A DNA stretch of 64,000 nt from Longimicrobiales bacterium (GCA_965219445.1 CBDCNQ010000004.1:1024001-1088000), one strand, 5' to 3'. Shown: positions 10,448-20,490, numbered from the stretch's first letter. The notes: generated by a model not told the origin, from the letters alone. Made by a program: numbers and translations.

Positions 10448-12347
10448 ATCGGGATAGGGGAGGACCGGCGTTCCCGGTCCTTCCCCTCCCACACCACCAG
10501 GCATGCGGGTCCGCACCTGGCGGTTCGGTGAGTTGAGGTCAGTACGGCGTGAGCCGGGGCACACCCAGCTCGTCGAAGTACGCCCCCGGCAAGGCCGTGT
10601 GCAGGGCGTGGTGCGCAGCCACGTGCCACCAGCTTCGCGCGAACCGAGCAGCTCGCCAGGCGAGGTTCTCGCTCACACCGCGAGCCCTCAACTCCCGGTA
10701 CGCTGTCCTTCCTCGTTTCCACTGGCGTAATTGCAATGTACGCAGCCGGCGGTGGATCCATTGGTCCAGGTCTCGGAAAACCCCCGGTGTGTCCGCTAAG
10801 CCGAAGTATGCCTTCCACCCCAGCACGTAGCTCCGTAGCTCTTCCGCCACCTGTTGCAGGCTCCGCCCGCCGCTCCGGCTTGTAATCTGCCGGACTCGCT
10901 CTTTGAACTTCGTCAGGGCCTTCTTGCTGACCCGGCGCTTCACGACCTTCCCTGCCGCTACCCAGAAGCTGTAGCCCAGGAACTGTCGATCCCACACTCG
11001 CGCCACCGCGCTCTTTTCCTCGTTGACCTGAAGCCGAAGTTTCCCGTACAGGTGCCTCAGCGCCTGCATCACACGTTCTCCTGCCCGCCTCGACCGCACG
11101 TATACATTGCAGTCATCGGCGTACCGGACAAACGCGTGTCCGCGTAGCTCCAACTCCTGGTCCACTTCGTCCAGGAGCACGTTCGCCAGCAACGGCGACA
11201 ACGGTCCGCCCTGAGGCGTCCCCATGTGCCGCTCCATCACCACCCCGTTCGCCATGACTCCGGCTTCCAGGTAGCGACGGAGGATCCGCAGCATCGCCTT
11301 ATCCTCGATCCGCTTTGCCAGCCGCCCCATCAGCACGTCGTGGTTCACCCGGTCGAAAAACTTCTCCAGGTCCACATCCACCACCCATCGTCTCCCTTCC
11401 TGGATGTAGTGCTGCGCTTCGCGCACCGCATCGTGTGCTCGGCGCCCAGGCCGGAAGCCGTGGCTGTGCCGACTGAACGTCGGGTCGAACCTCGGTTGCA
11501 TCACCTGCAGGATGGCTTGTTGGATGAACCGGTCCAGCACGGTCGGAATCCCCAACTCCCGGACCCCTCCCCCACTCTTCGGTATCTCCTGCCTTCGTAC
11601 CGGCTTCGGTTGGTAGGTCCCCGCCAGCAACCGCTGTCGGATCTCCCCCCAGTGCCTGCGCAAGTACTCTGGCAGCTCCTCCACGCTCATCCCGTCGATG
11701 CCCGGACTGCCCTTATTCTGCCGCACGCGTTTCAACGCTCCTACGAGGTTGGCACGCCCGACCACCTCCTGCATCAGGAGATGCTCGCTTCCTGAGCGCT
11801 CGTCTCCATGGGCCACCGTTCCGGCTTCGCCACTCCCCTCTACCTTCGGGGCTTCACCCCTATCCTCCAGTGGGAGCCCCAGTTGCCTGGACTCCTGGCG
11901 CATGGCCTTGCCGAGGTCCACGGTCGTCACGCTCTCCTCTCCGTTCGGCCCTTCGTCCGACAAAGCTGGGTCCAAGCGCATCATGCACTTCGTCGGCCTA
12001 CTATGGCCTCTGCTGACTTCTCGCTCCGCCGGCAGGCCCAACAGCGCAGTGCCGGCGTCACCCTTTCAGGCGTCAGGCGAGACCTCCCCGGGTAAGAACG
12101 ATGACCTTCCCCGCACAATCGCCGGATCTACGCCGCTTCCCCTTGGTCGCAGGAGCTTCGCGGTCAGTGGTCCGCTCGCCCCGGTCCGCAGCGCCTCGTA
12201 TCCGGTTCCTGTTCGTCGACTCACGGGTTCGTTTCACGCTTCGTTCAGCGTACGCCTCACGACGAACGCCTTGCGCTTCCCTTCGGTCCCTGCGACCAGG
12301 TTCCGGGAGGACTTTCACCTCCAAGTCATCGCCCATGCCGGGCCCAC
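10448..12347 (-). mobile_element. Group II intron, class IIC, full length with intron-encoded protein
   Basis: 5' end GTGGGCCCGGCATGGGCG. The 3' end has DV GAACCGCCAGGTGCGGACCCGCATGCCTGGTGGTGT (CGC triad) and DVI ending CCTATCCCGAT. An RT ORF lies inside. Confidence 0.9.
10539..11903 (-). CDS. ltrA: Group II intron reverse transcriptase/maturase without endonuclease domain; start approximate
   Basis: NKGSPGIDG, LGIPTVLDR, DLEKFFD, GTPQGGPLSPLL, RYADD, FLGY and GWKAYF (domain X) motifs. Confidence 0.95.
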   Translation of the reverse strand: MRQESRQLGLPLEDRGEAPKVEGSGEAGTVAHGDERSGSEHLLMQEVVGRANLVGALKRVRQNKGSPGIDGMSVEELPEYLRRHWGEIRQRLLAGTYQPKPVRRQEIPKSGGGVRELGIPTVLDRFIQQAILQVMQPRFDPTFSRHSHGFRPGRRAHDAVREAQHYIQEGRRWVVDVDLEKFFDRVNHDVLMGRLAKRIEDKAMLRILRRYLEAGVMANGVVMERHMGTPQGGPLSPLLANVLLDEVDQELELRGHAFVRYADDCNVYVRSRRAGERVMQALRHLYGKLRLQVNEEKSAVARVWDRQFLGYSFWVAAGKVVKRRVSKKALTKFKERVRQITSRSGGRSLQQVAEELRSYVLGWKAYFGLADTPGVFRDLDQWIHRRLRTLQLRQWKRGRTAYRELRARGVSENLAWRAARFARSWWHVAAHHALHTALPGAYFDELGVPRLTPY

Positions 12348-12407
12348 CACAGGTCTGGTGGCTGCGGCGGGCTAGAGCCTACTGCAACGTCGTGCGCGTC
12401 GGCTAGA

Positions 12408-15107
12408 TCAGCTGACCCGCTTCTCCTCGCGCGCCTCGCGCACCGCCTCCAGCACGCGCGCCGCCACGTCGCGCTCTTCGCGGAGCGCAGTGATCAGAGC
12501 CTCGGCCTCCTTCGCTTGGAACGACAGCTGCCCCGCTTTCTCGAGCACCGCGTCCACCACCGCCTTCTGGCTGTGGACCGTCTCGAGACTGCCCTGGATG
12601 TCGTTGAGGAGCGTGTCCAGTCGCGCCATGCGCTCCTCGGCGTCGCCGATCTCCATCTTTTTCTTGTCGACTGCAAGCGCGAGCTCGTCTACACGAGCCG
12701 CTCGTTCGAGGACATCGTCGAGCACGGCCCGAGAACGCTGGATTTCCTGGCGCGCGTCTGTGATGCTCCTCACGTCGCTCACCGTGCCCTCCACCGCGCT
12801 GAATAACTGATCCAGCTCTCCACGCACTGCGTCCACTCCTTCCTGCCGTGTGGCCAGGTTCTGGAGCGTTTGCTCCAGACTCTGCTCGGCCGCCGAAAAG
12901 CCAGCAAGCTTCTCCTCGAACTGGGTGATGCGCTTTTCCGCGAAGCGCAGGTTGCCCACCCTGCCCTCGACCTGGTCAGCCAGCTCTGCCATGAGGGAGG
13001 CCTGTTCGCCCGCCGCAGCAGCCGCATGGGACACGCGCAGCTCCTGTTCCTCCAGATCCCGGATCCCTTTCGAGAGGTCCTTGTGCAGGGCGGTGGCACG
13101 CCCCAGATCGGCCATCGCGCTCTGTAGAGCCTTCTCGCGCGTCTCCAGCTCCTGACCTACGGCCTCGATCTTGACCCCGAGCGACTCCACGTCGGCCGCA
13201 CGGAGGCTGGCTGACCTAACCGTCGCATCGACCTCCTGGATCCGGTCCTCCGTGCCTTCCACGCGCTTCGCCAAAGCGTCAAAACGCCTCTCCACCTGTC
13301 CAGCTTCTTCGGCGCGTTGGGCCACCTGCTTGAAACGACGGTCGGCATCATCGAGTCGGTCGTTCAGCCCGCGAGCGTGTTCCTCGAGTTCGGTCATGGC
13401 AGCCCCACGCGATTCCATCACGCTCATGCGCTCGTCCAGGCTATTCGACAGCATGCCGAGGTCGTCCAACCTCTCTTCCACGGACGTCAGCAAGCGCTTG
13501 CGCTCTTCGATCAGGTCATTGCGCGCAGCGAGATCATCCAACGCCGTGCGCGTCTCGTCGATGCGCGCGACGTCAAGGTCCATGTCCGCGACCTGAGTCC
13601 TCAACTCATCGAGTTGGGTCTGCGTTTGGGTCAGCCAGGAGCGGGTGTCCGCTTGTGCGGCGTGACTCCGCTCCACCTCGGCGCGGGCTTCCTTGAGCTG
13701 TTCCAGCGTATCGTTGACCCCGTCGTGCGCCTTGCTCAGCTCGACGATGTCGGCTGCCATCCTGTCCAGGGACGGTTGCGAGTCCTCTAGGCTCTGAACC
13801 CGCTCTCGCACCCGCGCAGCGGACGCCTCGGCCCGCTCCAAAACGGAACGCATGGCGTGTGCGCGCTCCGCCTGCTCGTCCACCCGTCCAATGTCTGTCA
13901 TGAGGGTGGCCAGCCGTGCGGTCAACTCATCCGCCCGCGCCGTGGCCCCAGCCATATCGCGAGTGGCCTTCTCCATGTCTGAGCGCCGGCCCTCGAACTC
14001 TCCCAGTGTGCTCCTCAGGCTGAGGACCTGTGTGTTCACCGTATCCAGGCCACTACGCTCCATCTCGAAGCGTTGGAGCCCGGCGTCGATTTCGTCACGA
14101 ATTTCGCCCAGCCGCTTCTCCAGACCCCTGCCCTCCCGGGCCACGTTCTCTTCGCGCGTCCTCAGGGTGCCTAGCTGCTCCTCCACCCGTTGCACCAGCT
14201 CCTGTACTCCGAGAATTCGCTTCTGCGTCTTCTGGATCACCTTGGAATCCTCGGTGACCTTCTTGAGCTTCTTGTCCACGTCCCACACGAGATCGTCCAG
14301 GCGGGCGGCTTGGGCCGCCGCCCGGTCAACGACTTCGCGCTGCTCCTCGAGAGACCCGGTCTTGCGGCTGACGTGCTCGGCAAGCGCATTAAGGTTCTGA
14401 AGCTGCTGCTCCACCCGGGACGCCACCTCCCCTACCTTGGTAACCTTGGAGGTTGCAGCCTCCATCCGGGCCAGCCGCGCGGAAGCCTCCTCCACCTCGC
14501 GTCCCAGACGCTGCGATAGCGAGCGTAGCTCCTCGAGCTCGCCCTGCTCCACCGCCTGCCCCTTCCGCAGCGTCTCCTGGGCCTCCTCTACCTCGTGGAG
14601 ACCTTCCCGCACGTCCTTGAGCCGCTCGCCCACCTCTTCCGACTTTTCCTTGAGCTGGTCCACCGTGCCCGCCGGCCCGGCCAACCCCTCCACGTCGGCG
14701 CGCACCTTGCGCGCCTCCTTGAGGGCAGCCTTGATCCCGGTAATCTCCCCTTCGAAAGACCCCATCTCTTCGCGTATCTGAGCGAGTCCCTCCCCAGCCT
14801 CGCCCTGGCCTTGCTCCAGCTCAGCCGCGCAGTCACGAGCTCGGGCAACCTCGTCAGAAAGCTCGGAGACGCTGTCAGCGCGGCTCTCAGCCGATGCTAG
14901 CGCCTCGCCGAACTCCTCTTGGCGCCTCGCCACATCGACGAGCTGCTTGTCCACCTTGCTCATGGACTTGGCGGCGCCGCGCACCCGCTTGAGGACAACC
15001 TCGAGCTCCGCCTTCTCCTCTTTTACTTCACCCAGCAGTTCCTGGAGTGCAAGCGGAAGCTCGGCGACAGATGGGCGGAACGATTTCCGGATACCGAACA
15101 GGGCCAT
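12408..15107 (-). CDS. Long coiled-coil protein (899 aa) of unknown function
   Basis: Heptad-rich, E/L/R/A-rich sequence along nearly its whole length; no Walker A or SMC head visible. Confidence 0.75.
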   Translation of the reverse strand: MALFGIRKSFRPSVAELPLALQELLGEVKEEKAELEVVLKRVRGAAKSMSKVDKQLVDVARRQEEFGEALASAESRADSVSELSDEVARARDCAAELEQGQGEAGEGLAQIREEMGSFEGEITGIKAALKEARKVRADVEGLAGPAGTVDQLKEKSEEVGERLKDVREGLHEVEEAQETLRKGQAVEQGELEELRSLSQRLGREVEEASARLARMEAATSKVTKVGEVASRVEQQLQNLNALAEHVSRKTGSLEEQREVVDRAAAQAARLDDLVWDVDKKLKKVTEDSKVIQKTQKRILGVQELVQRVEEQLGTLRTREENVAREGRGLEKRLGEIRDEIDAGLQRFEMERSGLDTVNTQVLSLRSTLGEFEGRRSDMEKATRDMAGATARADELTARLATLMTDIGRVDEQAERAHAMRSVLERAEASAARVRERVQSLEDSQPSLDRMAADIVELSKAHDGVNDTLEQLKEARAEVERSHAAQADTRSWLTQTQTQLDELRTQVADMDLDVARIDETRTALDDLAARNDLIEERKRLLTSVEERLDDLGMLSNSLDERMSVMESRGAAMTELEEHARGLNDRLDDADRRFKQVAQRAEEAGQVERRFDALAKRVEGTEDRIQEVDATVRSASLRAADVESLGVKIEAVGQELETREKALQSAMADLGRATALHKDLSKGIRDLEEQELRVSHAAAAAGEQASLMAELADQVEGRVGNLRFAEKRITQFEEKLAGFSAAEQSLEQTLQNLATRQEGVDAVRGELDQLFSAVEGTVSDVRSITDARQEIQRSRAVLDDVLERAARVDELALAVDKKKMEIGDAEERMARLDTLLNDIQGSLETVHSQKAVVDAVLEKAGQLSFQAKEAEALITALREERDVAARVLEAVREAREEKRVS

Positions 15108-15225
15108 GTGAGACCATCCTGCTGGGGGAACGGGACGTTGAGGGGACGTTCAAACTCGGCTGCTGAGGCCGCTGCGTCAACGAAAACGTGTTTTTCGGGG
15201 GGCGTGCCGGAGCACTCCGGTCGCG

Positions 15226-16027
15226 TTGTGGCTAGAGAATCAGCGCCAACGGCACCAGGACCACCGGAGGATCGCCGTCAACGACGAGCGCGGACGGCCC
15301 GTCAGGGACAACGAAGGCAAGCGCGTCTACCGCTACGAGCGCCTGCCCACGCCTGTCGTCCGGCAGTACACCGTCTTCAACGCCGAGCAGGCCGACGGGC
15401 TGCCGGCCCGGCCCACTCCCGCCGCCGAGCCGCTCTGGAAGGTCCACCAGAACGCCGAGAGGGTGCTGGAAGACAGCGGGGTCCCCGTCCGTCACGTGGC
15501 CGGCGACCGGGCGTTCTACAACCTGAACCGCGACGAGATCGTGCTGCACCGAGCGCGGACAGTTCCCCCCCGCAAACCACTACTACCAGACCGCGCTCCA
15601 CGAGCTGGGGCATAGCAGCGGCCATCCCGAGCGGATGAACCGCGCCACGCTCACCCAAGGGATCGGCGACGGGTTCGGCTCACCGGCCTATGCGAAGGAG
15701 GAGCTCCGCGCGGAGATCAGCGCCATGATGACCGGCGAGCGCGTGGGCGTCGGCCACGACCCGAGCCGGGGGGCCGCCTACGTCGAGGGCTGGGTCGCGG
15801 CCCTAGAGGAGGACCCCCGGGAGATCCGCCGAGCCGCGGCCGACGCACAGAAGATCTCCGACTTCGTGCCGGCCCGCAGCCGCGAGCGCCAGGCCGAACG
15901 GGAGCCGGTAGCCGTGGCCGTCACCCGCGCTCCCCGACCCGCAGCACGCCGCAAGGCCGGAGCTCCCGCTGCCGGTCCCCAAACGGAACTTCAGCCCCAG
16001 CCGCTGAGGCCAAGGACGGAGCCCTAG
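15226..16027 (+). pseudogene. ardC: ArdC-like antirestriction protein (ssDNA-binding plus zincin-like domain), 5'-truncated and frameshifted
   Basis: YTVFNAEQ and DRAFYN..DEIVL, then in a shifted frame YYQTALHELGH..GHPERMNR, FGSPAYAKEELRAE and AAYVEGW. Confidence 0.75.
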
Positions 16028-16030
16028 GAG

Positions 16031-16918
16031 ATGTTCGACCGCACGATCGGATCGGACCCGCGTACCGCCGCGCCGCAAAGCCGCGCTACCTACCGCATGC
16101 GGGACGGCCATCGCCGAGAACACGACGCGCGCAAGGACGCCGGGTCCATCTCCTTCCGCGACCGCTCCGAGCGGGCGCTCGCCGACGTGGGCATCTACCG
16201 TTGCGTCTCGTTCCGGGACCTCCCCGAGGCTCACTTCGGCGGCCATCCCTACACCACGCGGCGGGCGGTGAACGCCTGGACCCGCGAGGGGCTCGCCAAC
16301 GAGTCCACGGCCACCGGACCAAAGGGCAATCCGTTCAAGATCCTGACCCTCACCCGGAGCGGTGTGGTTGCCGCACGCAAACTGGCCTCCGGCCGGGGGC
16401 TGGATCCCGGACAGGAGATCCGTACCGCTCGCCTCAGGCGCTCCGAAGTCGCGCACGACACTGCCGTCTACCGGGCCTGCGGCCGCGAACGCCAACGCCT
16501 GCTCGAGCAGGGGGCCACCGTCCGCCGTGTGCGTCTCGACGGCGAGTTCAAGAGCGCCGTCGCACGCAAGAGCGAGTCCGCGCGTGCGAAAGACGGCCGC
16601 CGGGCTGCCGACGCCGAGCGGCACCGCGTGGCCGAGGCGCTCGGCTTGCCGATCGATGCCCAAGGCCGCGTGCTCTACCCGGATGCGCAGATCGAGTACA
16701 CCGACGCCGACGGGCGCACCGGCCGTGTCAACATCGAGGTCGCATCGGGCAACTACCGGGCTCGCTCCATACGTGCCAAGGTGGCCGCCGGGTTCCGGAT
16801 GCACGCCAACGGACCGGCCGCCGCGCGCCTGCTCCGCTCACTCGGCGTGGGCGACGGCGGAGATCGCTCCTCCCTGCGAGGGCCGACCGAGCGGGATCCG
16901 GCCGCGCTCGAGCTCTGA
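16031..16918 (+). CDS. ICE/plasmid protein, possibly replication-relaxation family (winged helix plus PD-(D/E)xK-like C-terminus)
   Basis: GGAG RBS; HD motif, YPDAQIEY and NIEV motif; lies among conjugative-element remnants. Confidence 0.5.
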   Translation: MFDRTIGSDPRTAAPQSRATYRMRDGHRREHDARKDAGSISFRDRSERALADVGIYRCVSFRDLPEAHFGGHPYTTRRAVNAWTREGLANESTATGPKGNPFKILTLTRSGVVAARKLASGRGLDPGQEIRTARLRRSEVAHDTAVYRACGRERQRLLEQGATVRRVRLDGEFKSAVARKSESARAKDGRRAADAERHRVAEALGLPIDAQGRVLYPDAQIEYTDADGRTGRVNIEVASGNYRARSIRAKVAAGFRMHANGPAAARLLRSLGVGDGGDRSSLRGPTERDPAALEL

Positions 16919-16937
16919 CCCCCCGGAGGATCCAGCG

Positions 16938-17253
16938 ATGCAGCCCTGGAGAATCAGCGTAGGCCTCAGCGCCGCACTTGTCGGCTCAGGCCTCCTCCTC
17001 GGCGGATCCCGCCTCGAGTACCTCGCGCCGTTCTGGCCCGTGATCCTCGCCGAGCACGGCATCCCGATCGTCCTGCACTCGGCGCTGGTGCTCGGCGCCG
17101 TCGCGGCCGCCCTCTACGCCGTCGCACGCGCCGCCGGGCTCGCCGACCTCGGCGGCCCGCGTCGATCTCCTCGAGCGCTCCGTACGGCGAGGCGAGGGCG
17201 ATCCCGAACTCACCGACGCGTTACGCAGGGACGCCGAGGGCGACTGGGAGTGA
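16938..17253 (+). pseudogene. Small membrane protein, frameshifted near 17155
   Basis: GGAGG RBS and hydrophobic helices; continues in another frame as ...DALRRDAEGDWE*. Confidence 0.4.
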
Positions 17254-17306
17254 ACACGGCACTCGGGTCGGCCGCGAATCGTTCGTCGAGACCCGGAAAT
17301 GCGCAC

Positions 17307-17698
17307 ATGATCGACCGAACATCTATCGAGATCCTGCCCGCGGACTGGCGCACGCGGGCCAAGACCCTGCGCCGCTACGGGGGCAAGACACCGGCCGTAG
17401 CCCTCGAGGCCTGCGCGGCGGAGCTCGAAACTGCCCTGCGCCAGAGAGACGACACGATTCTGACGCTGACAGAGGCAGCTGTGGGGAAAGCTGCTACTCC
17501 GCCGCTCACCTGGGACGCCTGGTGCGCGAGGGCAGGGTCCCAAACGCCGGAAGGCCCGGCACACCCAGGATCGCTCGAGGGGACCTCCCCCATGAGGCCG
17601 GGGCGCTGGCCGAGTCTCGTCTGGCGGCGAAGCCTTCCCTGCGCGAGGTTTCCACCGGGCAGATCGTGCAGTGCATCATCGAGGAGGGTATCGGATGA
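17307..17698 (+). pseudogene. Excisionase-like HTH protein, frameshifted at about 17485
   Basis: LTLTEAA..ESCYSAAHLGRLVREGRVP pattern typical of Xis/MerR-like HTH; directly precedes an integrase N-terminal relic. Confidence 0.5.
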
Positions 17699-17920
17699 TG
17701 GCACAAAACGCAGTCGCACGAGCTACAGCGCCGGCGAGCGGAGCCGGAACCGGGTGCTGGTCTTTCCAGACCCCAGGACCGGTCTCATCCAGATCGAGTG
17801 GCGGGAAGGCGGACGGAGGCTTGCCAAGTCGCTCGGGCATCGCGACTGGGACCGGGCCAAGAGGCAGGCGGACGCAGTCGCTGCCAGTGCGTACGCTCCT
17901 CGGCCTGCTGCCAGGCCCCA
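17695..17920 (+). pseudogene. Probable integrase N-terminal fragment
   Basis: IEWREGGRRLAKSLGHRDWDRAKRQA resembles integrase N-terminal beta-sheet domains; ends abruptly. Confidence 0.4.
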
Positions 17921-18120
17921 CCCCTGCCCCTGCTCGTATCCTTCCGCCCACTTCGAGAGGCGCAGCTTGCTCTTGCTCAACTCCGCCGCTTTCCCGCTCT
18001 CCGCGTCGACCCGGTTCACGATCACGTGCACGTGCGGGTGTCCGCCCCGGTGCGCCACGATCAGCGCCTGGTGCTTCTGCAGCCCCAGCGCTTTCAGGCT
18101 CTCCGTCGCTTGCCCGGGCT
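17920..18120 (-). pseudogene. Relaxase/mobilisation nuclease fragment (MOBP-like)
   Basis: LKALGLQKHQALIVAHRGGHPHVHVIVNRV, containing the HUH 3-His motif. Confidence 0.75.
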
Positions 18121-18246
18121 CAACTCTGCCGCTCCGGCGCCATCCTTGGCCCAGTTACAGGCACATGGACGCCACAACAAATAGCCTCGCCCTACACTAC
18201 CATCGAATTAGCAGTTAAGTACCTGTTGTTTATGCACTTACTGCAG

Positions 18247-18292
18247 TGCCCCGCCAGGGACTCGAACCCCGAACCTACTGATTAAGAGTCAG
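18247..18292 (-). other. 3' half of tRNA-Lys(CTT), att-site duplication
   Basis: Minus strand reads CTGA-CTCTTAA-TCAG anticodon arm, GGTTCGAGTCC T-arm and a 3' acceptor strand. There is no 5' half. It lies adjacent to an integrase. Confidence 0.8.
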
Positions 18293-18419
18293 GGAATTCG
18301 ATGGTCTCACCACGTTTCACTGAATCCCAGATTGGTTCATAAATCCGCCAGATCACTGGGATTCAGCCACATAATCGCGTACCATAGAGTGTCAGGGCGT
18401 CCTGCTATATCCCGCGCCA

Positions 18420-18463
18420 TTTGGACGCCATTTGGACGCCATTTGGACGCCATTTGGACGCCA
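18420..18463 (+). repeat. Four perfect tandem copies of 11-bp TTTGGACGCCA, probable integrase arm-type sites
   Basis: Directly visible between the tRNA fragment and the integrase start. Confidence 0.85.
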
Positions 18464-18535
18464 AGGGATTTTCGCGACTTAGATTGCCGTATCGTTGTGA
18501 TCCGCTTGGCTACTGAGAGCATCCGGGACAAGACC

Positions 18536-19708
18536 ATGCCGACGCAGAATCTGACTGACCGACTCCTCCGGAGTATCTCCACCAAAGCCACGAAGCGCGC
18601 CGAATACCACGACCGGGCGCTTCCGGACTTTGGCGTGCGGGTAAGCGAGAGCGGACGCTGTTCCTACTTCGTACGCTACCGCACCCACCGGGGCGAGCGG
18701 CGCTGGAAGACCCTCGGGACGCATCCGATTCTGCCGCTGGCCGATGCCCGCAAGCTGGCCCGAGCGACGCTCGTGGAGGTAGCCAAGGGCCGCGACCCAG
18801 TCCTTGAGGAGCGTATGCGGCGTGAGGCGGAAACGGTCGAGGACTTCGCCCAGGTCTATTTGGACCGGTACGCGAAGATTGCCAAGCGGAGCTGGAAGGA
18901 GGACCATCGGCAGCTCAACCGAGACGTGCTTCCAATCATCGGACGTCTGCCGGTTGCTGAGGTTCGGCGGCAAGATCTGATTAGGATCATCGACCGCGTG
19001 GCCGACCGAGGGGCGGGCGTCCAGGCTAATCGGACGGCTGCTCTGCTTTCCAAGTTCTTCGCATTCGCGCGGGACCGCGGTCTGATTGAGTTATCCCCCG
19101 CGCAAGCTCTTCCCCGCGCCATACCGGAGACACCGCGCGACCGCGTACTCGGTGCCGACGAAATCCGGAAGGTGTGGGGTGCCCTGGAACCTGAACGGCC
19201 AAGTGTGGCTTCCTCCCTTCGCCTTGTACTCCTCACCGCCCAGAGGCCGGGCGAAGTGCTTGGAATGCGACGCGGCGACCTCGACGGCATGTGGTGGACG
19301 CTACGCTCAAGCGCGACCAAGTCCGGGCGTACGCACCGAGTTCCGATTTCGCCGGTCGCCCAAGAGGTACTGGACGTTGCCCTGTCCGCCTCGGCGGAAA
19401 AGCAGCCGGCCATCTACGTGTTCCCCAGCCCGCGTGGCAGTGGCCCGGTCCGGTGGCTGTCCCACGCCAGCGCCCGGGTACGCAAGCGGATCCCCGACGT
19501 GCCGCACTGGACCCCGCACGATCTGAGACGCACGGCTGCGACGCATATGGCTCAACTCGGCGTCTCCCGGTTCATCATCGGCCGGATTTTGAATCATGTA
19601 GACCCGAGTGTTACGTCGGTCTACGAACGACACGACTACGCTGCGGAAAAGGCCCAAGCCCTTGGAGCTTGGGGTGAGCGCGTCGGAGAGATCCTTGCGG
19701 CTGACTAA
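18536..19708 (+). CDS. Tyrosine recombinase/integrase with N-terminal arm-binding domain
   Basis: Catalytic residues in TAQRPGE, TKSGRTH, HDLRRT, ILNH and VY; the N-terminal FGVRV...LGTHP..LADAR is P4-like. Confidence 0.92.
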   Translation: MPTQNLTDRLLRSISTKATKRAEYHDRALPDFGVRVSESGRCSYFVRYRTHRGERRWKTLGTHPILPLADARKLARATLVEVAKGRDPVLEERMRREAETVEDFAQVYLDRYAKIAKRSWKEDHRQLNRDVLPIIGRLPVAEVRRQDLIRIIDRVADRGAGVQANRTAALLSKFFAFARDRGLIELSPAQALPRAIPETPRDRVLGADEIRKVWGALEPERPSVASSLRLVLLTAQRPGEVLGMRRGDLDGMWWTLRSSATKSGRTHRVPISPVAQEVLDVALSASAEKQPAIYVFPSPRGSGPVRWLSHASARVRKRIPDVPHWTPHDLRRTAATHMAQLGVSRFIIGRILNHVDPSVTSVYERHDYAAEKAQALGAWGERVGEILAAD

Positions 19709-19751
19709 GGTGTTCGAGGCAGCGCAAGGCCAAATTGCGTAACCCGACGCA

Positions 19752-20378
19752 GTGGAGGCTGAATGGGAGGCCCGTGAGCCCGAGGTCAGCGGGGTTCGCC
19801 TTGAACTGGACCAGTCGGCGACCGCGGGATCCCTCAGGGTCCGGATCCTTTCTCACACCGTAGGTGGGCTGCGGCATTACGGGGCGGTGGTGACTCCGGA
19901 AGGTGCTGAGCTCGGCTCCCTTCCCGTTGTCCTCTTTACTCACGGTGAGGATGACGGGGTGGCGGTCGAGCTGACGTTTCTGCTGACTCCCATCCTTCAG
20001 GCCCAGGGTCTGAGCGTGCCTTCGTCGTACCGTCCTATCGGTCGGAACCCCTCCGACTCGGGAACCAGGTGTTCCCGTCCGAGGGTCCCGCCAGTCCCTG
20101 GGACTGGGACGTCGACGATACCATGTCCCTTCTCTCTGTCGCGTTCGAGCACGTGCCGGAACTGGATGAGGAGAGGGTAGCGATCCTGGAGTCCAGTCGG
20201 GGAGGCGCGGTAGCTCTCCTCGCCGCCGTGCGCGATCGGAGGATCGATGCCGTCGTCGAGTTCTTCGGCCCGACCGACTTTTTCGGTGAGTATGCACATG
20301 AGATCTTCGAGGAGGCGCTCGAAGGCGAGCTCCGCAATCTTCCCGGTCTCGAGTACTTCAACGAGACCGTCATCCGGC
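19752..20378 (+). pseudogene. Alpha/beta hydrolase (S9-like) relic, frameshifted and truncated
   Basis: LPVVLFTHG, then ERVAILESSRGGAVALL and FGPTDF in a second frame. Confidence 0.6.
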
Positions 20379-20384
20379 CCGGTC

Positions 20385-20490
20385 GCACACGTCCCCGGTT
20401 CCCCACGGCCCTGGGCTGTCCATCCGGTCCCCGGTGCTACCTCCGTCCGTTAGAGACTCTCACTCCAGACGCAGGGCATGCCTGGCACAC
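20385..20490 (-). mobile_element. 5' fragment of a group IIC intron
   Basis: Starts GTGTGCCAGG immediately after a hairpin; closely similar to the 5' end of the intron at 23471..24154. Confidence 0.7.

Noticed and set aside
10539..11903. RT as a retron or diversity-generating retroelement
   Set aside because: It has group II PQGGPLSP/YADD motifs, domain X and flanking DV/DVI. No TR/VR pair or retron VTG motif was seen.
12408..15107. SMC/SbcC ATPase
   Set aside because: No Walker A/B or signature motif and no hinge recognisable.
16362..18218. 618-aa ORF as a real gene
   Set aside because: It is a chance read-through across several frameshifted relics, and its N-terminal third is an off-frame shadow of 16031..16918.
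18247..18320. Intact tRNA-Lys gene
   Set aside because: The D-arm and 5' acceptor strand are missing; only the 3' half is present.
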